64,000 nucleotides of DNA from Phaeosaccion multiseriatum (GCA_965112735.1 OZ218954.1:2790001-2854000); one strand, 5' to 3'. Positions 15,307-29,106 are shown, counted from the first letter of the stretch. Notes: generated from the letters alone by a model not told the origin. A program made the numbers and translations.

Positions 15307-16019
15307 ATGGAGCAGGGAATGGTCTCCTCCATCGACGAGATTGCCTCGCAACTTCGCACGAAGGTTGAAGTGGGGGCCGTGATGGAGACCATGCTCGACG
15401 ACCTCGAGGTGTGGGAGTGGGCGTGCCGGCAGAAGGGCCTGGAGGCTGAGCTCGCGGCCCGCACGGCCGAGGTGGCCGCCCTTCGAGAAGCCGAGGCGCG
15501 CCTACTCGCCAAAGAAGACGCTCTGATACAAGAGACAGCCCAGCAGCGGGACCTGGCCGCGCAGGCAAGGAATGAGCTGGTGAAGGGACTGTGGGGGCTG
15601 TCCAAGGAATTTGAAGTGCGGCTGGCGGAACAGAGGAAGATGGACCAGCTGAGCGTCAAGGTGGGAAGGATGCCCGCTTTGGAGAAGGAGCTGGAGGAGG
15701 TGCAGGCGAAGAACGCCGTGCTGAAGGCCAGGTTGAGTCACGCGGTCGCTGTTAATGCAGGGAGGGCCTCTGCTGGAGGGGGCGGAGCGCAAGCGGGGTC
15801 GTCTTTTTCCAGTGGAGGAGGAACCAAAGCGGGGTCTACCGGCGGAGCGGTGCATGGCATAAGGTCAGTGGGGGCTGCTGAAGACACTGGTAAAGCGTGG
15901 CATCGGTGGTACATTGTACAGTGCTGGGGGCGTTGACGGAGACAGTCTAGTGAAATCGAAGCCCCCCCAACTGCAGACGCCCTCTCTCTCGTGCTAAACG
16001 CGACGTGTGCGCTTTCTCT

Positions 16020-16066
<47 letters not shown>

Positions 16067-19000
16067 TTCTTCTTCTTCTTCTTCTTCTTCTTCTTCTTCT
16101 TCTTCTTCTTCTTCTTCTTCTTCTTCCTCCTCCTCCTCCTCCTCCTCCTCTCTCCTCCTGGTCCTCCTTCTTGCCCACCAATGCCGTCTTCGGGGTACGT
16201 TGCCAATGGCTGATTCCAGCTCCAATGCATCCGACGTGACGTTGCCAATGGCTGAGTACAGCTTCACTGCCTCCGACTTGAACAACAGCCCTGGTGCGCG
16301 AGCTCCATCCCTCGTGCCCTCTTCCGCGGCCATCACCACTGCCATACCACCGGCCTCTCCCCAACCAGTTGGTGGTACAGCAGCAGCAGCCGCCGCCAGA
16401 CCGCGGCTGAGGAGGAGGAGACCCGGCCAATCGACGTGCCTGCTACTCCGACCATCGGATGCCACTCTCTTGCGTATCTACAGCTACCTCGACGGTGAGG
16501 CAGTGCTGAACACAGCCTACCTCTGCACAGCCCTCTACAGAAAGGTCAACGCGCTCTTCGGCGTGGGGGGGCAGTCGGCACTACTCGAGGAGAGCGAAGA
16601 GGAGGGTGGTGAGGGTGAGGGTGAGGGTGAGGAGGGGCGAGAGTACTTTGGCGGCGAAGGAGGAAGAGGAGGAGGAGGAGGAGGAGGGGAGGCAGGGGTG
16701 GGATCGGTAACGACGTTGGGGTCTGGCCCTACGGAGGCGGCAGCAGCAGTTGGTGATACAGCAGCACAAGTAGACGGGGTAGGAGTGCTAGGCCCTTCGG
16801 ATGTGCAACTCGCAGCCCCAGCAACGATAGGAGCGGTGGGAGAGCAGGTGGGGGCGGTTATGGGGCCCCTTCCTACTGCTGCTGTACCACCAACTGCTGC
16901 TGCTACTACGGCTGTTACTGATGCTGCTGCTCCCTTGGGACTTGGACAGGGGCGTGGAGCTCAGCGGGTGAAGAACGCACAGCAGCTGATGGGGGCGCTC
17001 TTTACCACTGTAAGCTCTGCCGTGGTGAGGAAAGGAGAAGAGCTCGGTGCACAGGGCTACGGTGCGGGGCCAGGAGGTGGAGGTGCAACAGCAGCAGTAG
17101 CAGCAGCAGTAGCAGCAGGGGGAGGAGGAGGAGGAGGAGGAGGAGGAGGAGCGGGAGGAGCAGGCGGGGACGGGGCAGCAGCAGCAGCAGGAGGAGGAGG
17201 AGGAGGAGCAAGTGGCGGCAGCAGCGGCAGCAGCAGCGGCGGCATGTCTGCGGAGGCCCAGCTGATTGACTCCATCTCGAAGAAGCTTGCCCTTGGGGAG
17301 ATGAAGGGTATCGTTAACCTCATGGACAAGTCAAAGCGTATGGAGGCGGTGGCCAATCAGGTATGGGCAAAGGGGGGGAGAGAGAGGGAGGGAAGGAAGG
17401 AGGGAGCAATAGAGGGAGGGAGGGAAGGAGGGAGAGAGGGAGGGAGATAGAGAAATGGAGAGGGAGAGAGAGAAAGGGGCCTTCTGGAAGTCACGTTGAA
17501 AGTTCCTCTCACCACTCCATAACCGTGGATGATATGCCAAAATGCCCGTGTTGTGTCAAAATGCTGTTTCCTCCCTCTCGTGGGGATGGTGGTACTCCAC
17601 ACGGCGGATCACAGATGAGATCCGAGAAGGAGGACTTGGCTGCCCGGCTGCATGGAATTGAGAGCGTGAAGGAGGTACTGCTGCAGAAGCTGAAGGAGAC
17701 CGAGGAGGCGTTGAAGAGGAGCATGGAAGAGAAGGGAGCCAGGTTAGACACAACGGGGGGTGGGGGGGGAGGGAGGGAGGGAGGGAAGGAAGGAGAGGGG
17801 AGGGAGGGGAATGGAGGGGGGAAGGGAGGGAGGGGGCTCCAGGGCTTTTGATGAGCGCATGCGATCCATGAAGGGGAGAGAGGTCTGGTGCCTCTCTTAT
17901 TCCCTTCCATTCCCCTGCTCCCGGTGCTCCTCTGACTGGATCAATCCGCCTTGCCCTGCCCCGCTCCTCCCAACCCTCCCCCCCCCCCCTCCTGTATTCA
18001 GTGACCGTCAGAACATGAACGACCTTGAAGTGATCACCTTCCTTGATGGGCGGGCGCAAGGGATGGAGCGTGCTGCCAAAGAGGCCATGGATAAGAGCGT
18101 CTCTACGCAGAAGGTCTTGGAGGAGGAGCGGGGGGCGAGGTGAGGCACAGCGATGATGATGACGACGACGACGACGACGACGACGAGGAGGAGGAGGAGG
18201 AGGAGGAGGAGGAGGAGGAGGAGGAGGAAGAGAGGGGGAGGAGGAGGAGGAGCAGGAGGGTGAGGAGCGCTTTCTGTGTGATGGGTGCTCCCGCTCTCTC
18301 TCCCATCTTTCTCTCTCTCCCTCTCCCTCTCACTCTCACCCCCCCTCTCTCTTCTCTCCCTCTCTCCCTCCCGCTTCTGTCTCTCTCCCTCTCCCTCTCC
18401 CCCTGTTTTTCTCTCCTGGCTGCGGCTCTCTCTCCCCCTCCCTCCCTTTCTCTCTCTCCCTCTCTCCGTCCCTCTCCCTCTCCTTGTCTCTTTCTCAGCT
18501 CCACTCGCATAACAATGGTGGAGGACATGCTTCGCTTGGAGCAGCAGCGGCTCAGAGACGCAGAGACGCAATTCAAGAAGGAAAAGAAGGTGCGAGGGAG
18601 ATGATGATGATGATGATGATGGTGGTGATGGTATAACAATGATGACGACGATGATGATGATGATGGTGATGAGAATGATGAGGAGAAGGAGAATGGTGAT
18701 GAGCTGCATGGAAAGAGCGTGATGCAATGCGAATGTGATAATGCTCTGTGGACTGGCTTCCTTCCCCCCCTCCCTCCCTTCCTCCCTCCCTCTCTCCCTC
18801 CCTCTCTCCCTCCCAACCTTCCTCTCCCTCCCTCTCTCCCTCCGTCTCTCACTCCGTCTCTCCCTCCCCCCCTCTCCTCCCTCCCCCCCCTCCCCCGCTT
18901 CCCCCCCTCCCTCCCTCCCCCCCCTTCCACGTCCTCGGTCCTACCCCGCCCCTTCAACCTTGAACAGGTGCTAATACAAGAGGTGAGGAAGCTTCGCATC

Positions 19001-19087
19001 GTGGAGACCACGCTGGAGAGCGAAGTGGCAGACTACCGCAAGCAACTCAGTGACCTCAGAGATAAGCTCAAGACCCTGCGGAGGTAG
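15307..19087 (+). CDS. Coiled-coil protein with a central F-box-like motif
   Basis: N-terminal heptad-rich exon (15307-15889), SDATLLRIYSYLDGEAVLNTAYLC (F-box-like), then coiled-coil exons EKEDLAARLHGIESVKEVLLQKL, DLEVITFLD, KKEKK|VLIQEVRKLR; stop TAG at 19087. Confidence 0.8.
16016..16150. repeat. (CTT)n(CCT)n intronic microsatellite
   Basis: Directly visible. Confidence 0.95.
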
Positions 19088-19515
19088 GCAGGCAGGCAGG
19101 CAGGCAGACAGGCAGGCAGGCATATGGGCGGGCAGGCAAAGTAGGCAGGTGGGCAGGCATATGGGCAGGCATATGGGTAGGCATATGGGCACGCAGGCCC
19201 AGCTTGAAACGGCTTGACATGGCCGTCCATGAGCCTCATGTACGGACGGGAAGGTGCTGACCACCCGCAGCAGCATAGGAGCTCTGGAAAGAGGGGCGAA
19301 GAGGTGAGGTGAGGAGGTGGCGACGTGTATCGGATGGGTGTGTTTGCAGTTCAACGAAGGGAAGGATGGACCTGCCCAATTGTCCCTTGTACTCGGAAGT
19401 GGAAAGTTGAACTAAATACGATACATCGACTTGTTTCTCTCTTTTTCAGTGAGTTATCATTATTGTAACTTTAACGATACACTACAGCAGTACCGTGAAT
19501 GTGAACATATACACA

Positions 19516-21753
19516 TCAAAATTGGAGGCCGAATGACTGTAAGGCGGCGTGTTGCTTCTGCTCCCCTTCCTGCAGCTTCTGGGCCACCGCAGGGTGCCCT
19601 TGGAACTTCTCCACGACTGCGGCAAACATGCGAACGTCCTCAATGCCATGCTTCTGCAGCTTGGCGGTGGCCGTTTGCTCGTGGCGCTGCCCCACCATTT
19701 GGGCAAGGGCGCGCTGGGAGTTGGGGTGGTTCATGGGCATGCCCTGTATGGAAACAGCACAGCAGCAGCAGCAACAGCAGCAGTTGGTGGTACAACATCA
19801 CAGTACAGTAGGACGGCACCCAACACGCCCAGAGTGGGGGAGAGAGAGTTTCAGGGGGAAAACGAGGCGAATAAGCCAATAAGGACGGGTGGTAAGTGCA
19901 GCACATCACTATTGAATTTGTTCCGCGGTTTGTTTCTTGACGGGAGGAGGAGAGGGAGGGCAAGCCAAGCACGAGCAACGCACACAAGCATACATTTATC
20001 TCCACATCTCCAGAGCGGCTGCATCGAAGAAGATCACCTCACTCACTGCCTACATAAGAGCAGCCGAAAGTCCCTGACAGACCGGGACTCGCTCTCCCTC
20101 AAATGAGAGAGAGAGAGAGAGGGAGGGAGAGAGTGACAGAGACAGAGAGGGAGCGCCATTCTCAAATGCCTTAGACTGAGGGTGGGCACCCTCTGCACAC
20201 CCCACGCACCTGATCCGCCAGTACTTGCAGGGCCTCCCGAATCACGATATCCATGTCCTCGAAATAGAGCTCGATAAGGAAGCAAGCCTGAGTGGGTGGG
20301 TGGGTGTGCGAGACGAGGGATAGGCAGGGGAAAGTGTGGAGTCAAGAATTTTCTCGATCATTCGATCCTCCCTTGGCGCAGCCCCTACTATCAGCTGCCA
20401 CCCCTTCCTCCGTCCATCCCTCCCTCTCTTCCTCCCTCCCTCCCTCCCTCCCTCCTCCCTCTCTCCTTCCCTCCCTCCCTCTCTCCTCTTCCTCCCTCCC
20501 TCCCTCCCTCCTCCCTCTCTCCTTCCCTCCCTCCTCTTCCTCCCTCCCTCTCTGCTGTGCACGTGCCCCTCTCCCTCCCCTCCACGCATGCAACTCACGC
20601 ACGCACGCACACACGCACGCATACACGCACACACCTTCTGCACAGTGACATCGGATGGGATCTCCACAGGCTCCACTTCCATCGGCCCCGCCACGCTCTC
20701 AAACAGCATCTTGAGCATCTTAACACACCCCTTGACATCCTCGTCTCCTTCACTGACATACGTATTGGTCACGTACTCCAGGTCCTCCTCGTCCACGTCC
20801 CACTTTTCAAGCTTTCGGTTCTGGTACTCCTGCAGCGAATCCTCAAACCTGTCCACCATCACTTTTCTGAGCTGGTCTTCGGGAACCTTCCCCATGAGTG
20901 GCTGAATTTGCTGAGTCAGGTTCATCTGGAGGGATTGGGGAGAGGGTACGAGAGAGAGGGTGAGGTTGGGGTACAGAGAGACGAGAGAGAGAAAGAGAGA
21001 GTGAGAGAGAGAGACGGAAGAGGATACAAAGGGAGAGAGAGACGGGAGATGGAGCGATAGAGCACAAGGTTCAATAGTGGTTCCGAAAGGCAACGACCGG
21101 TTCCATCCTTTTCCTTCCCTTCTCCCTTCCGGTGGTGTAAGACACTTGACCAGCAACCCCGTATATTTGCTTGACTCACCACAACTTCCTGCATTCTTTG
21201 CGCGGCCTCGGAGAAGAACTCTATGACCTGCTCTCTGGTCAGCGGCGGCAATTCCTCCACGCCGTCCTCGTCCTCCTCCTGAACCACGGCAGCGTCGGCA
21301 ATCATGAATGGTGTGGGGTTGAGTTGAGGGACATTAAAAAGGGTCTTTCTTTCCCCTTCTTTCTCGTGGGAGGAACCCCGCCCCCCAAGTGAGTATTTGT
21401 CGTTGGTGGCCGCAAAAGCCGCCCACGTCTTTACAGGTAACAACGTGATTTCTAATCAAAGTCTCTCCTGCCCAGCAGCCTCAAGCCTTCGGTGAGGGAA
21501 GGAAGCAAGCGAGGAAAGAGAGACAAGCGGCGCAAGGTTCTCCATTTCTCGCGCCCCACACTCTGTCAACAGTCCGCAAACGCAAAGGACTACCCCATTA
21601 TTCTTCTTCTCCACCTCTCTTGACGCGCTTGTGGTCGGCACCCACCTCCTCTTCCGTCTGTTTCCGTCTCCGGTCCATCACCGCCCATATCGTAGCCGCT
21701 GCGCAGATAGACAACGTCCCTGCCACCAATAGGCCACTATTTCCCGGCGCCAT
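19516..21753 (-). CDS. Hypothetical helical protein with N-terminal signal-anchor
   Basis: MAPGNSGLLVAGTLSICAAATIWAVMDRRRK (hydrophobic segment then basic residues) splices in frame to EEDEDG..PPLTREQVIEFF, MNLTQQIQ..., ACFLIELYFED and GMPMNHP...SFGLQF*. Confidence 0.75.
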
Positions 21754-21857
21754 GGCTCTCTCGAAGGATATCTTCCCGTGTGTTAAAGAGCACGGTGGTG
21801 CGGGGCGAGAGAGGATGGCACTGGATGGCGCAATAATATCCCCTCACCAAAAAAAAA

Positions 21858-24325
21858 ATGGCGGCTCGTTCAGGGTGCTTTCTGCTATCTTCTTCGCGAA
21901 GAGCCTCCCTGTTGCAGCAGCCGTATAGGCCTCAGCAGCTCCGGCTGCAGCGACAGGCGTCTCATGCCGGGTTTCGAGCCGTGGGCGGAGGTGTAGGGGG
22001 GGCACTCTCATCTGGAGCGGTGTTGCGATCTCCAGCGCAGGCCGCCGCCTATTCCTCGTCCTTGCCCCGACCCTCTGCCCTACTCATGCACGTCGGCCGA
22101 CGCCGTCCACGCCAGGAGCAAGTGCTGTGTTGTGCGAGGGGAAGGCAGCCGCAGCAACAGGGGAGGAGTTTGCACAGCTCGGCGCCTGCCTGGTCTACAG
22201 GAGTGCCACCAGTAGGGCATACTGGCAGCACGGCGGTGAAGGTGTTTCAGATGCCGGGGGGGGAGCGTCTGAAGATCGCGCTACTATCGTCTATGGTAAG
22301 CAAGGCAGCGAGGGGACGGAATGACCTTTGGAGGGGAGGACAACTGAGTGCTCACTCAAGACCCCCCCCTCCCTATGACTCTGTGCTGCATCGATTGAAT
22401 AGATTGCCTTCACTGCGGGGCTGGGCGCGTGGCAAACCTCTCGCTACTACTGGAAGGTCGACCTCATGGAGGAGAAGAAGGACTTGCTGCACGCCGACCC
22501 GATTGTCCTGCCGGATGGCGCCACATACTCCGGCCTGACCAGCCTAGGAGAGGATGTGACGGGCCGGAAGGTGCTGGTGAAGGGTGTTTTCGACCATGAG
22601 AAGGAGGTGTTGATAGGTGAGGAGAGATATAGTCCAAACCAGATCGAGGGAGGAGCGATAGAGAGAGAGAGAGGTGACTTACGTCCAAGTATAATTGTAA
22701 GAGCATATTCTTTTCGCTCTCATCTTTGCCGGTATCGTAGTGCTTTCTCACCAATTGAATCGAATCCGCACTTCCTCGCCTACCCTCTGCTCCTGCCTCG
22801 TGTCGTGTGCGTGCGTGTCCAGGGCTGCGAGGCCCTCCAGTGGACACTCTTGCCGGCGACCGCAAGCCCATCTACCAAGGCACCACAGGCTACTTGGTCT
22901 ACACACCGCTCAAGCTCTCTGACGGCCGAGGCTCAGTCATTGTAAATCGAGGATGTGAGTGGATATGCAAGGAAGAAATGTAGCATGCCGGTCAGCCGTG
23001 TGTACGACGAATCAACCCCCAGCAATCACCCAAGTCGCCCGATTCGATCTGACCCCAGCCGACCCATACCTGCGCTTCTCTCGCTCGACCTCCACCTCCA
23101 CCTTCACCTCCCTCTTGTCTCTGTCGTGCAGGGATTGAACGGACCGCCGAGGCGTGGAGCCGCCCCACGGAACAAGTCGCCCTCACCGGCGTCATCGCTC
23201 GAGAGGTGCGGGGGGTGCGGTGCGGCCAGTCAGAGCCAAGTGCCAGTCAGTCAGTCAGTCAGTCAGTCAGTCAGTCAGTCAGTCAGTCAGTCAGTCAGTC
23301 AGTCAGTCAGTCAGTCAGTCAGTCAGTCAGTCAGTCAGTCAGTCAGTCAGTGAGTGACCGTACTTGCTTCAGCACCATTCCAGTGCTACCACTCGTATTT
23401 ATTTCGCCACCTTGTCACTGCTCCTCGTCTCCGTCTGTTTTTCCGTTTCTCCTCACCCTCACACCTCACCACCGTCGGCAGGAGAAGACCGGCAGCTTCG
23501 CCCCCGTGAACGTCCCTGCGAGCAAAAAGCTGGCGTGGCTGCAGATGTCCGCCCTTGCCGAGGCCATGGGCATCCCTTCCGAAGAGGCCCTTCCCGTAGT
23601 GCTGGACGCTGTCGTGAGGTGAGGCACGTTGCCTGACAGCGCCCCTAGCTGGTTGGTTTGGTCTTGACTTAGCTGGCTGGTTAGGTCTTGACTTAGCTGG
23701 CTGGTTAGGTCTTGACTGGTCCTGGGTGGGCGTCAGTGACTTTGTCACTCGCGATACAATCGCCTCGCTTTGTGTCATTCCCCACCCCCCCGGTTTGGTC
23801 TTTACCCCAAGTGTTGGGGAATGGAATGGAATGGTATATATTTGTTCGTTCCCTTCCCTCCCATCCTGCGCTGCCCTGCCCTACCCTACCCTACCCTGCA
23901 TGCACTGCGCTGTGTGATGTATCGCCGTGCTGGCCCCCCCTCCTCCGCCCTCACCCCCGTCTGCCCCGTGTGTGTGTGCCTCTCCCTCCCTGCCTGTCCA
24001 AAGCGACAACACCCCCCTGGAAGCTAAGGGCGTGCCTATCGCCAAGCGGGAGCGTCACATTTGCAATTTTTGGGCCACTCCCACCACCCACATGACCTAC
24101 GCCGCCACCTGGTTCGCGCTTTCGGTGTGCGGGTTGGCCATCCTTTACTCGCGCTACGGGGGGCGGAGGAGCCAAGCCGTGGCTGCCCAGGCTAGCAGCG
24201 CACTGAAACGCCAGGGAGGGGGGGAGGCGAAGAAGTCTGCTGTTCGAGAGCAGCGCGGGGCTGCTAGCGCTGCCACTAGCGCTGCCAGCGAAACGAGTAA
24301 GAACATCCCCTTCAAAACAAAGTAA
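21858..24325 (+). CDS. SURF1: SURF1/Shy1 cytochrome c oxidase assembly factor
   Basis: Arg/Ser-rich mitochondrial-type presequence, TAGLGAWQTSRYYWK, RKVLVKGVFDHEKEVLIG, GYLVYTPLKL..VIVNRG, and C-terminal HMTYAATWFALS. Confidence 0.93.
23246..23352. repeat. (GTCA)n intronic microsatellite
   Basis: Directly visible in a SURF1 intron. Confidence 0.95.
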
Positions 24326-24575
24326 CGATAAAAGAAAAAGATGGAGGGGCGCATTTGTTTCGTACGTACTCCGTAAGATACCAACGCTCACCCCCCCCCT
24401 CTACGCCTATATATATGAAAGGTTATTCTTTGCTTCTACAATAGCCGGCTGACTTATGTGCACGCACGGCGACAAATTCCTCCCTTCTCGAGCCCCCGCC
24501 CCGCTGCGAGTGGATGGAGGGCCTTTTGTAAGCTGCTTCTCCTCAACTCCCTGCATCTTCTTGTACGTCTTTGCC

Positions 24576-25930
24576 CTACGAGCCGAAGCGCTGGGCGAGC
24601 TCGGCGATCTTGCTGCTCGGCTTGCGTGCCTTTCGCCCCCCGATCGCCACCGTATGCACCTTTTCATCTTCGCCCTTGCTGGTACTGGCCGTGCCGCGAG
24701 CAGCTCCGACGGTAAAGGGTGCAGACACAGCAGCAGGAGTCGTTGGGCTAGGCTTTGGCGAAGGGACTGGCGTGGCGAAGGGGGAGTTCGTGACGACAGT
24801 GCCCCACTTCTTGCTCGGGGAGGGGAAAGGAGCACTGCTGGGAGAGGAAGAAGACGGCGAGGACGTACTCATTGGATGAGGAGAGCCTCCCACAGTGGTT
24901 CCCTGTCCCCACTTCTTTGCCCCAGAAGAAGCCCGGGAGGAGGGGCTGCTGTGCGGTGGAGCTGATCGAGGGGATGCTGCCGCCCCTCCAAACCTGGCAG
25001 CCATCGCAGCGACGGAAGATTTGGGCCTCTCTTCGTTGGACAACACCTCTGACCCCGCTTTTTCGGCGCTGGCGTCGTTCCTGGAGGCTGGAGTGCCGTT
25101 GGCACTCGCACCAATTGCATCTCGGCTTCCCTTCCTTGCCACTGCTGTACCCGCTGTAACCGTACGCTCCGTGGAGGGGCGTGGGCCCGCCACGTCCTTC
25201 TCCTTCCTTCCTTCTCCCGCTTCCTCACTGGTTGGAGCTTCTACCGCATCTGCCACTGCTACTGCTGCTTCTACCGGCGCTTCTGCCGCTGCTTCTGCCG
25301 CTGCTTTTGCTGCCTCTGGCGCTTCTGCCGCCGCCGCTGCTGCTGCTGCTGCTGCTGCTGGCTCTTCTACCGCTGGCGCTGGATCCTTCGGGCCGGAGGG
25401 ATACGGGATCACGTCCTCTTCTGCCGCTTCTGTATCCTTCCCTCCCTTTCGCGCTTCCTCGCCGGCTGGAGCTTCTGTCGCTGCTGCAGCTGCTGCTACT
25501 GGCTCTTCTGCTGGCGCTGCTGCAGCTGCGGCTGGTGATTCTAATACTGCTGCCGAGGATTTGGGGACAGAGGGAATGGAGGTAGCTTCCCCTTTTGCGC
25601 CCTGCTCTGCCTCTACTCCTTTTTCTGGTGCTGGTGGAGGGAAGGCAGCGCGGGGGCTGCTGCTACTGGTGGAGGTAGTGCCTTTGTTTGGAGTAGATGG
25701 AGAAGCAACTAAACCCACCTTGGCCAGATCTGCAGCCAGGTACTCGTTGACTGTGTTCTCGCGCTGGGCTTTGAGGAGGCCGGCGGGATCCTGCAGTGCA
25801 ACAACACAACCATGGGAGGATAAGAGAGGTATGGGCTAAAACTAGGAGACGTCCCAAACTCCTTTCTCACCTCCTTCCTCTTGCGAGTGAGGATCTTGCT
25901 CAGAGCGGCCTGCTGCTGCGCTTTATTCAT
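24576..25930 (-). CDS. Low-complexity Ala/Glu/Pro-rich hypothetical protein (2 exons)
   Basis: MNKAQQQAALSKILTRKRKE|DPAGLLKAQRENTVNEYL... joins the 380-aa ORF. Twin motifs SSVAAMAARFGG and SKIAELAQRFGS. Confidence 0.7.
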
Positions 25931-26156
25931 AGCGACGGGCGTGAAGTGAGGTGAAAAACTGGGAAGATCGAGCGGTCCGAGAGGAAATATATGAGGAGGT
26001 CGTCCGTAACGTCACTGACTTACTACAACTGCTCGTGTTTGGGTCCTCCGATTGTCCTCCCCAACCTCCCCCCACATTTCTTCGCTTCTGTCCTTCTGTC
26101 CCTGATATAAAAAGTACAGTCCAGAGATAAGATCGGGAAAATAAGGAGGAAAAAGA

Positions 26157-29106
26157 ATGGAGGAGTGGACCAAGCCCCTGCCCGCCCTGCTTGCTGTCTT
26201 GTCCGCGGGTTTGGGCGCTCTCATTCTCATGATCCAGGTTGGGTGTGTGTTGGGTGTGGTTGTCTTCTCTTCCTCAGCTTCATTCTCCTCCCCCCCTGTT
26301 GATTCATCAGTCACGCTTGCGGCAAACTGCTGTAGCCGATGGCAGGAGCGAAGCGGTGCTTACCAAGGACTTCAAGACGTTTCAAGGGGCCTTCTGCAGG
26401 GTGTACCTGCTTGCATTGGCCGTGGAATGGCTCCATCTCGCCTACCTCTTCTCGATACTGGTGCATTACGGGTGCGTCTATTCGGTGCTATCATGGGTTT
26501 GGGGGGGATGAGGTGGGAGATCCTTTCGTTCCCTTTATCCCTATCCCTTCTTCATTCTCTGACTGCTGACTACTGTTCCCCCCTTTTCCAATCTGGATGG
26601 ACCCATCTACAGACACCATCCGGGCCATATCGCGCGCATATTTCTGGCCGGAGTTGTCGTGCAGGGCGCCGTGGAAGTGCTGTTGGAGCTCATCGGTGGC
26701 TTCGTGCCACAAAAGATTCGCTGTATGGCCTGCCTCTGTCTGCAGGTCTGTACCACGCTTCTTCTCTCTTTCCCTCCCATGAGAGTTGCCGTTCTGGAGC
26801 CCCTTCCCTTCCTTCTCTTCCTTCTCCCTTCCCCCTTCCCCCTTCTTGCGCTTTGTGCACCTGCACTTACACCCGCTGCTCACGTTTTCCCCGCACCCTC
26901 CCTCCGCCTTTCCCCACAGACGGCCTCGTCCATCTTACTGATGCACGGGGCTTTCGGAGGGCTGGTCTTTAGCAGGCTGCTGGGGGGGGCTTCAACGGCG
27001 TTGCTGCAGAGCGCGTTTCAGGCTTGGATGGTGGATCAGCACTTGAGTCAAGTAAGCGGTCGATGTCCTGCTTTTTCGACCTCTCCCTCTCTCTTTCGCT
27101 CTCTCTCACACACACAATCTCTCTCTCCTACACACCCTACCTCACTCCAACACACTCTCTCTCTCGCAGGGCTACCCAAGGGAGTGGCTCGTGGACACCT
27201 TCAGCCTTGTTACTACGGGTAAGGAATCCTCTGAGTTGTCGAGTCTTGTTCCTTCCATCCATGTAGAGTGGGCCGAGTGCTGAGAGGAGCACACGAGTGT
27301 TGGGAGAAAATGTCTCCCACCTGAGTGGCCCGGGAGTCGAAGGCCATGCTTCCTTCCCTCGGCCCTCGACTGACTCACCCCCCCTCTACGCCCCCTTCCC
27401 GCCTCTCTCCCCTCCCCAGGCATGGCTGGACTGGCCGTGAGCCTCTCTCTGGTGGGCGGCACCTTTTGGTAAGTACTTAGTATTTGACAGCCTCTCGATT
27501 GCTGTGCTTCACTACCTCTTACTGCATACCCTGAATTTGAATTACAGCTCTGCATCCAACATGAGCCCCTTACGCCACCCCACCCCACCCCACTCCAACC
27601 CCCCCCCCCCCCCTCCCCAACCAACCCACCCACATCACCCTTACTCCCTACAAGGAATCTTTTGGGGGTGAAAGGGCCCGTCAAGTTCACCATCGTCTTG
27701 GCCTCTTGCAATGCGCTCTTGACGTTCTCCACGTGGTCGAGAGATCCAAACAAGAGCTGCCCGCCCTTTTCGGACACTGCCCGCCTGCTTACTGCGGCTG
27801 CCCAGTCGCTCGTCTCATCCAAACCATTCGCGCTCATCACTGCGGTCCACGCTTTGTTCGAGGCTGCTGCCGCCGTTTTTGTGTTTCTGTGGGTGCCGAC
27901 CATCTGGAGTTGGGAGAAGATACCGGACTACGAGCGGGCGGCGCCATATGGTTTGCTCTACTCAATGCTCATGGGTAAGGGAAGGAAGGAAGGAAGGAAG
28001 GAAGGAAGGAAGGAGGAGTATGGGAGGGAGGCAGGGGTCTGTCGCTTGGTCGGCTCCCGAGGGTGGCGGAACGCGTAGCCTTGTGTAGACGCTCACATCG
28101 CCGCACACTTGCCATACTCCCCCCCTCCCTCCCTCCCCCCCTCCCTCCCTCCCTCCCTCCCTCCCTCCCTCCCTCCCTCCCCCCCTCCTTCTCTACTTCC
28201 CTTCTTCCCTACCTCCCTCCCCTACTCTCTCACCTCTCTACCTCCCTCCCTCCCCTCCCTCTCCTCCCTCCCCTTCCTCCCTTCCTCCCTTCCTCCCTTC
28301 CTCCCTCCCTTCCCCCCTCCCTTCCTCCCTCCCTCTCTCCCTCCCTTCCTTCCTTCCTTCCTCCCTCCCCTCTCCTCCCTCCCCTCTCCTCCCTCCCTCC
28401 CTACCTCCCTCCCTCTCCATCGTGGAGATCAGTTTGCGTGCTGATTGGCTCTCTCGGTTTCCGAGTCTTGGCGGGCTCGCAGGACCCAAGTAGGAATGGG
28501 GGTAGTAGGGCCTTGGATGTGCAGGCCGCGCTCATCTGCCTCGCGTCCTGTGGGGCAGCCACGTTCGGCTTTTTCCTTATGCACGCCTCCGGTTTGACGA
28601 TGGGGGTCCAAGGGGGTGGAGGGCTGGCGCTGGCGGGTTGCCTTGTCTTTCAACTGGCGGCAGGGGCGGAGATGAATGCGGTGGATCAGTTGAAGCGCAG
28701 CTACGCCCCCATGGTGGGTAAGGAACTGGCGACTAAAGGGGTCAGGTTTCTCACTACGGTGACGGCCATCACAGTGGCCACTTTGATTACGCAATACACA
28801 CCGGGCGTGTTGGTGATGTGGTGCGTTGTGCTCTGCGCAGGGGCGACGTGGTTATGCGCAGTGCTGAGGAGAGAGGTGATGGCAGGCTCAACGGGAGAGG
28901 ACGAAGATGGCAATGCCAATGATGGTGGGGGTGGGAGGGGAGGGGCGGACAGAAGCAGCAACAGCAGTAGCAGCGACGCCGGCAAGGGCCACACTGCAAC
29001 TCCTCTCTCGGCGGGGACTCTCGCAGCAGCTTCATCGCCCATGGGGGGCGGCGGCGAGGGCCCCTCCTGGGCTCACAACTCTCCTGCGCGGGGGTCGGCT
29101 CTATAG
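26157..29106 (+). CDS. MFSD5: MFS transporter, MFSD5/MOT2 molybdate-anion transporter-like
   Basis: DFKTFQGAFCRVYLLALAVEWL, RLLGGASTALLQSAFQAWMVDQH, GYPREWLVDTF, ALFEAAAAVFVFLWVP and PYGLLYSMLM|VCVLIGS match my recollection of MOT2/DUF791 signatures; many hydrophobic segments. Confidence 0.8.
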
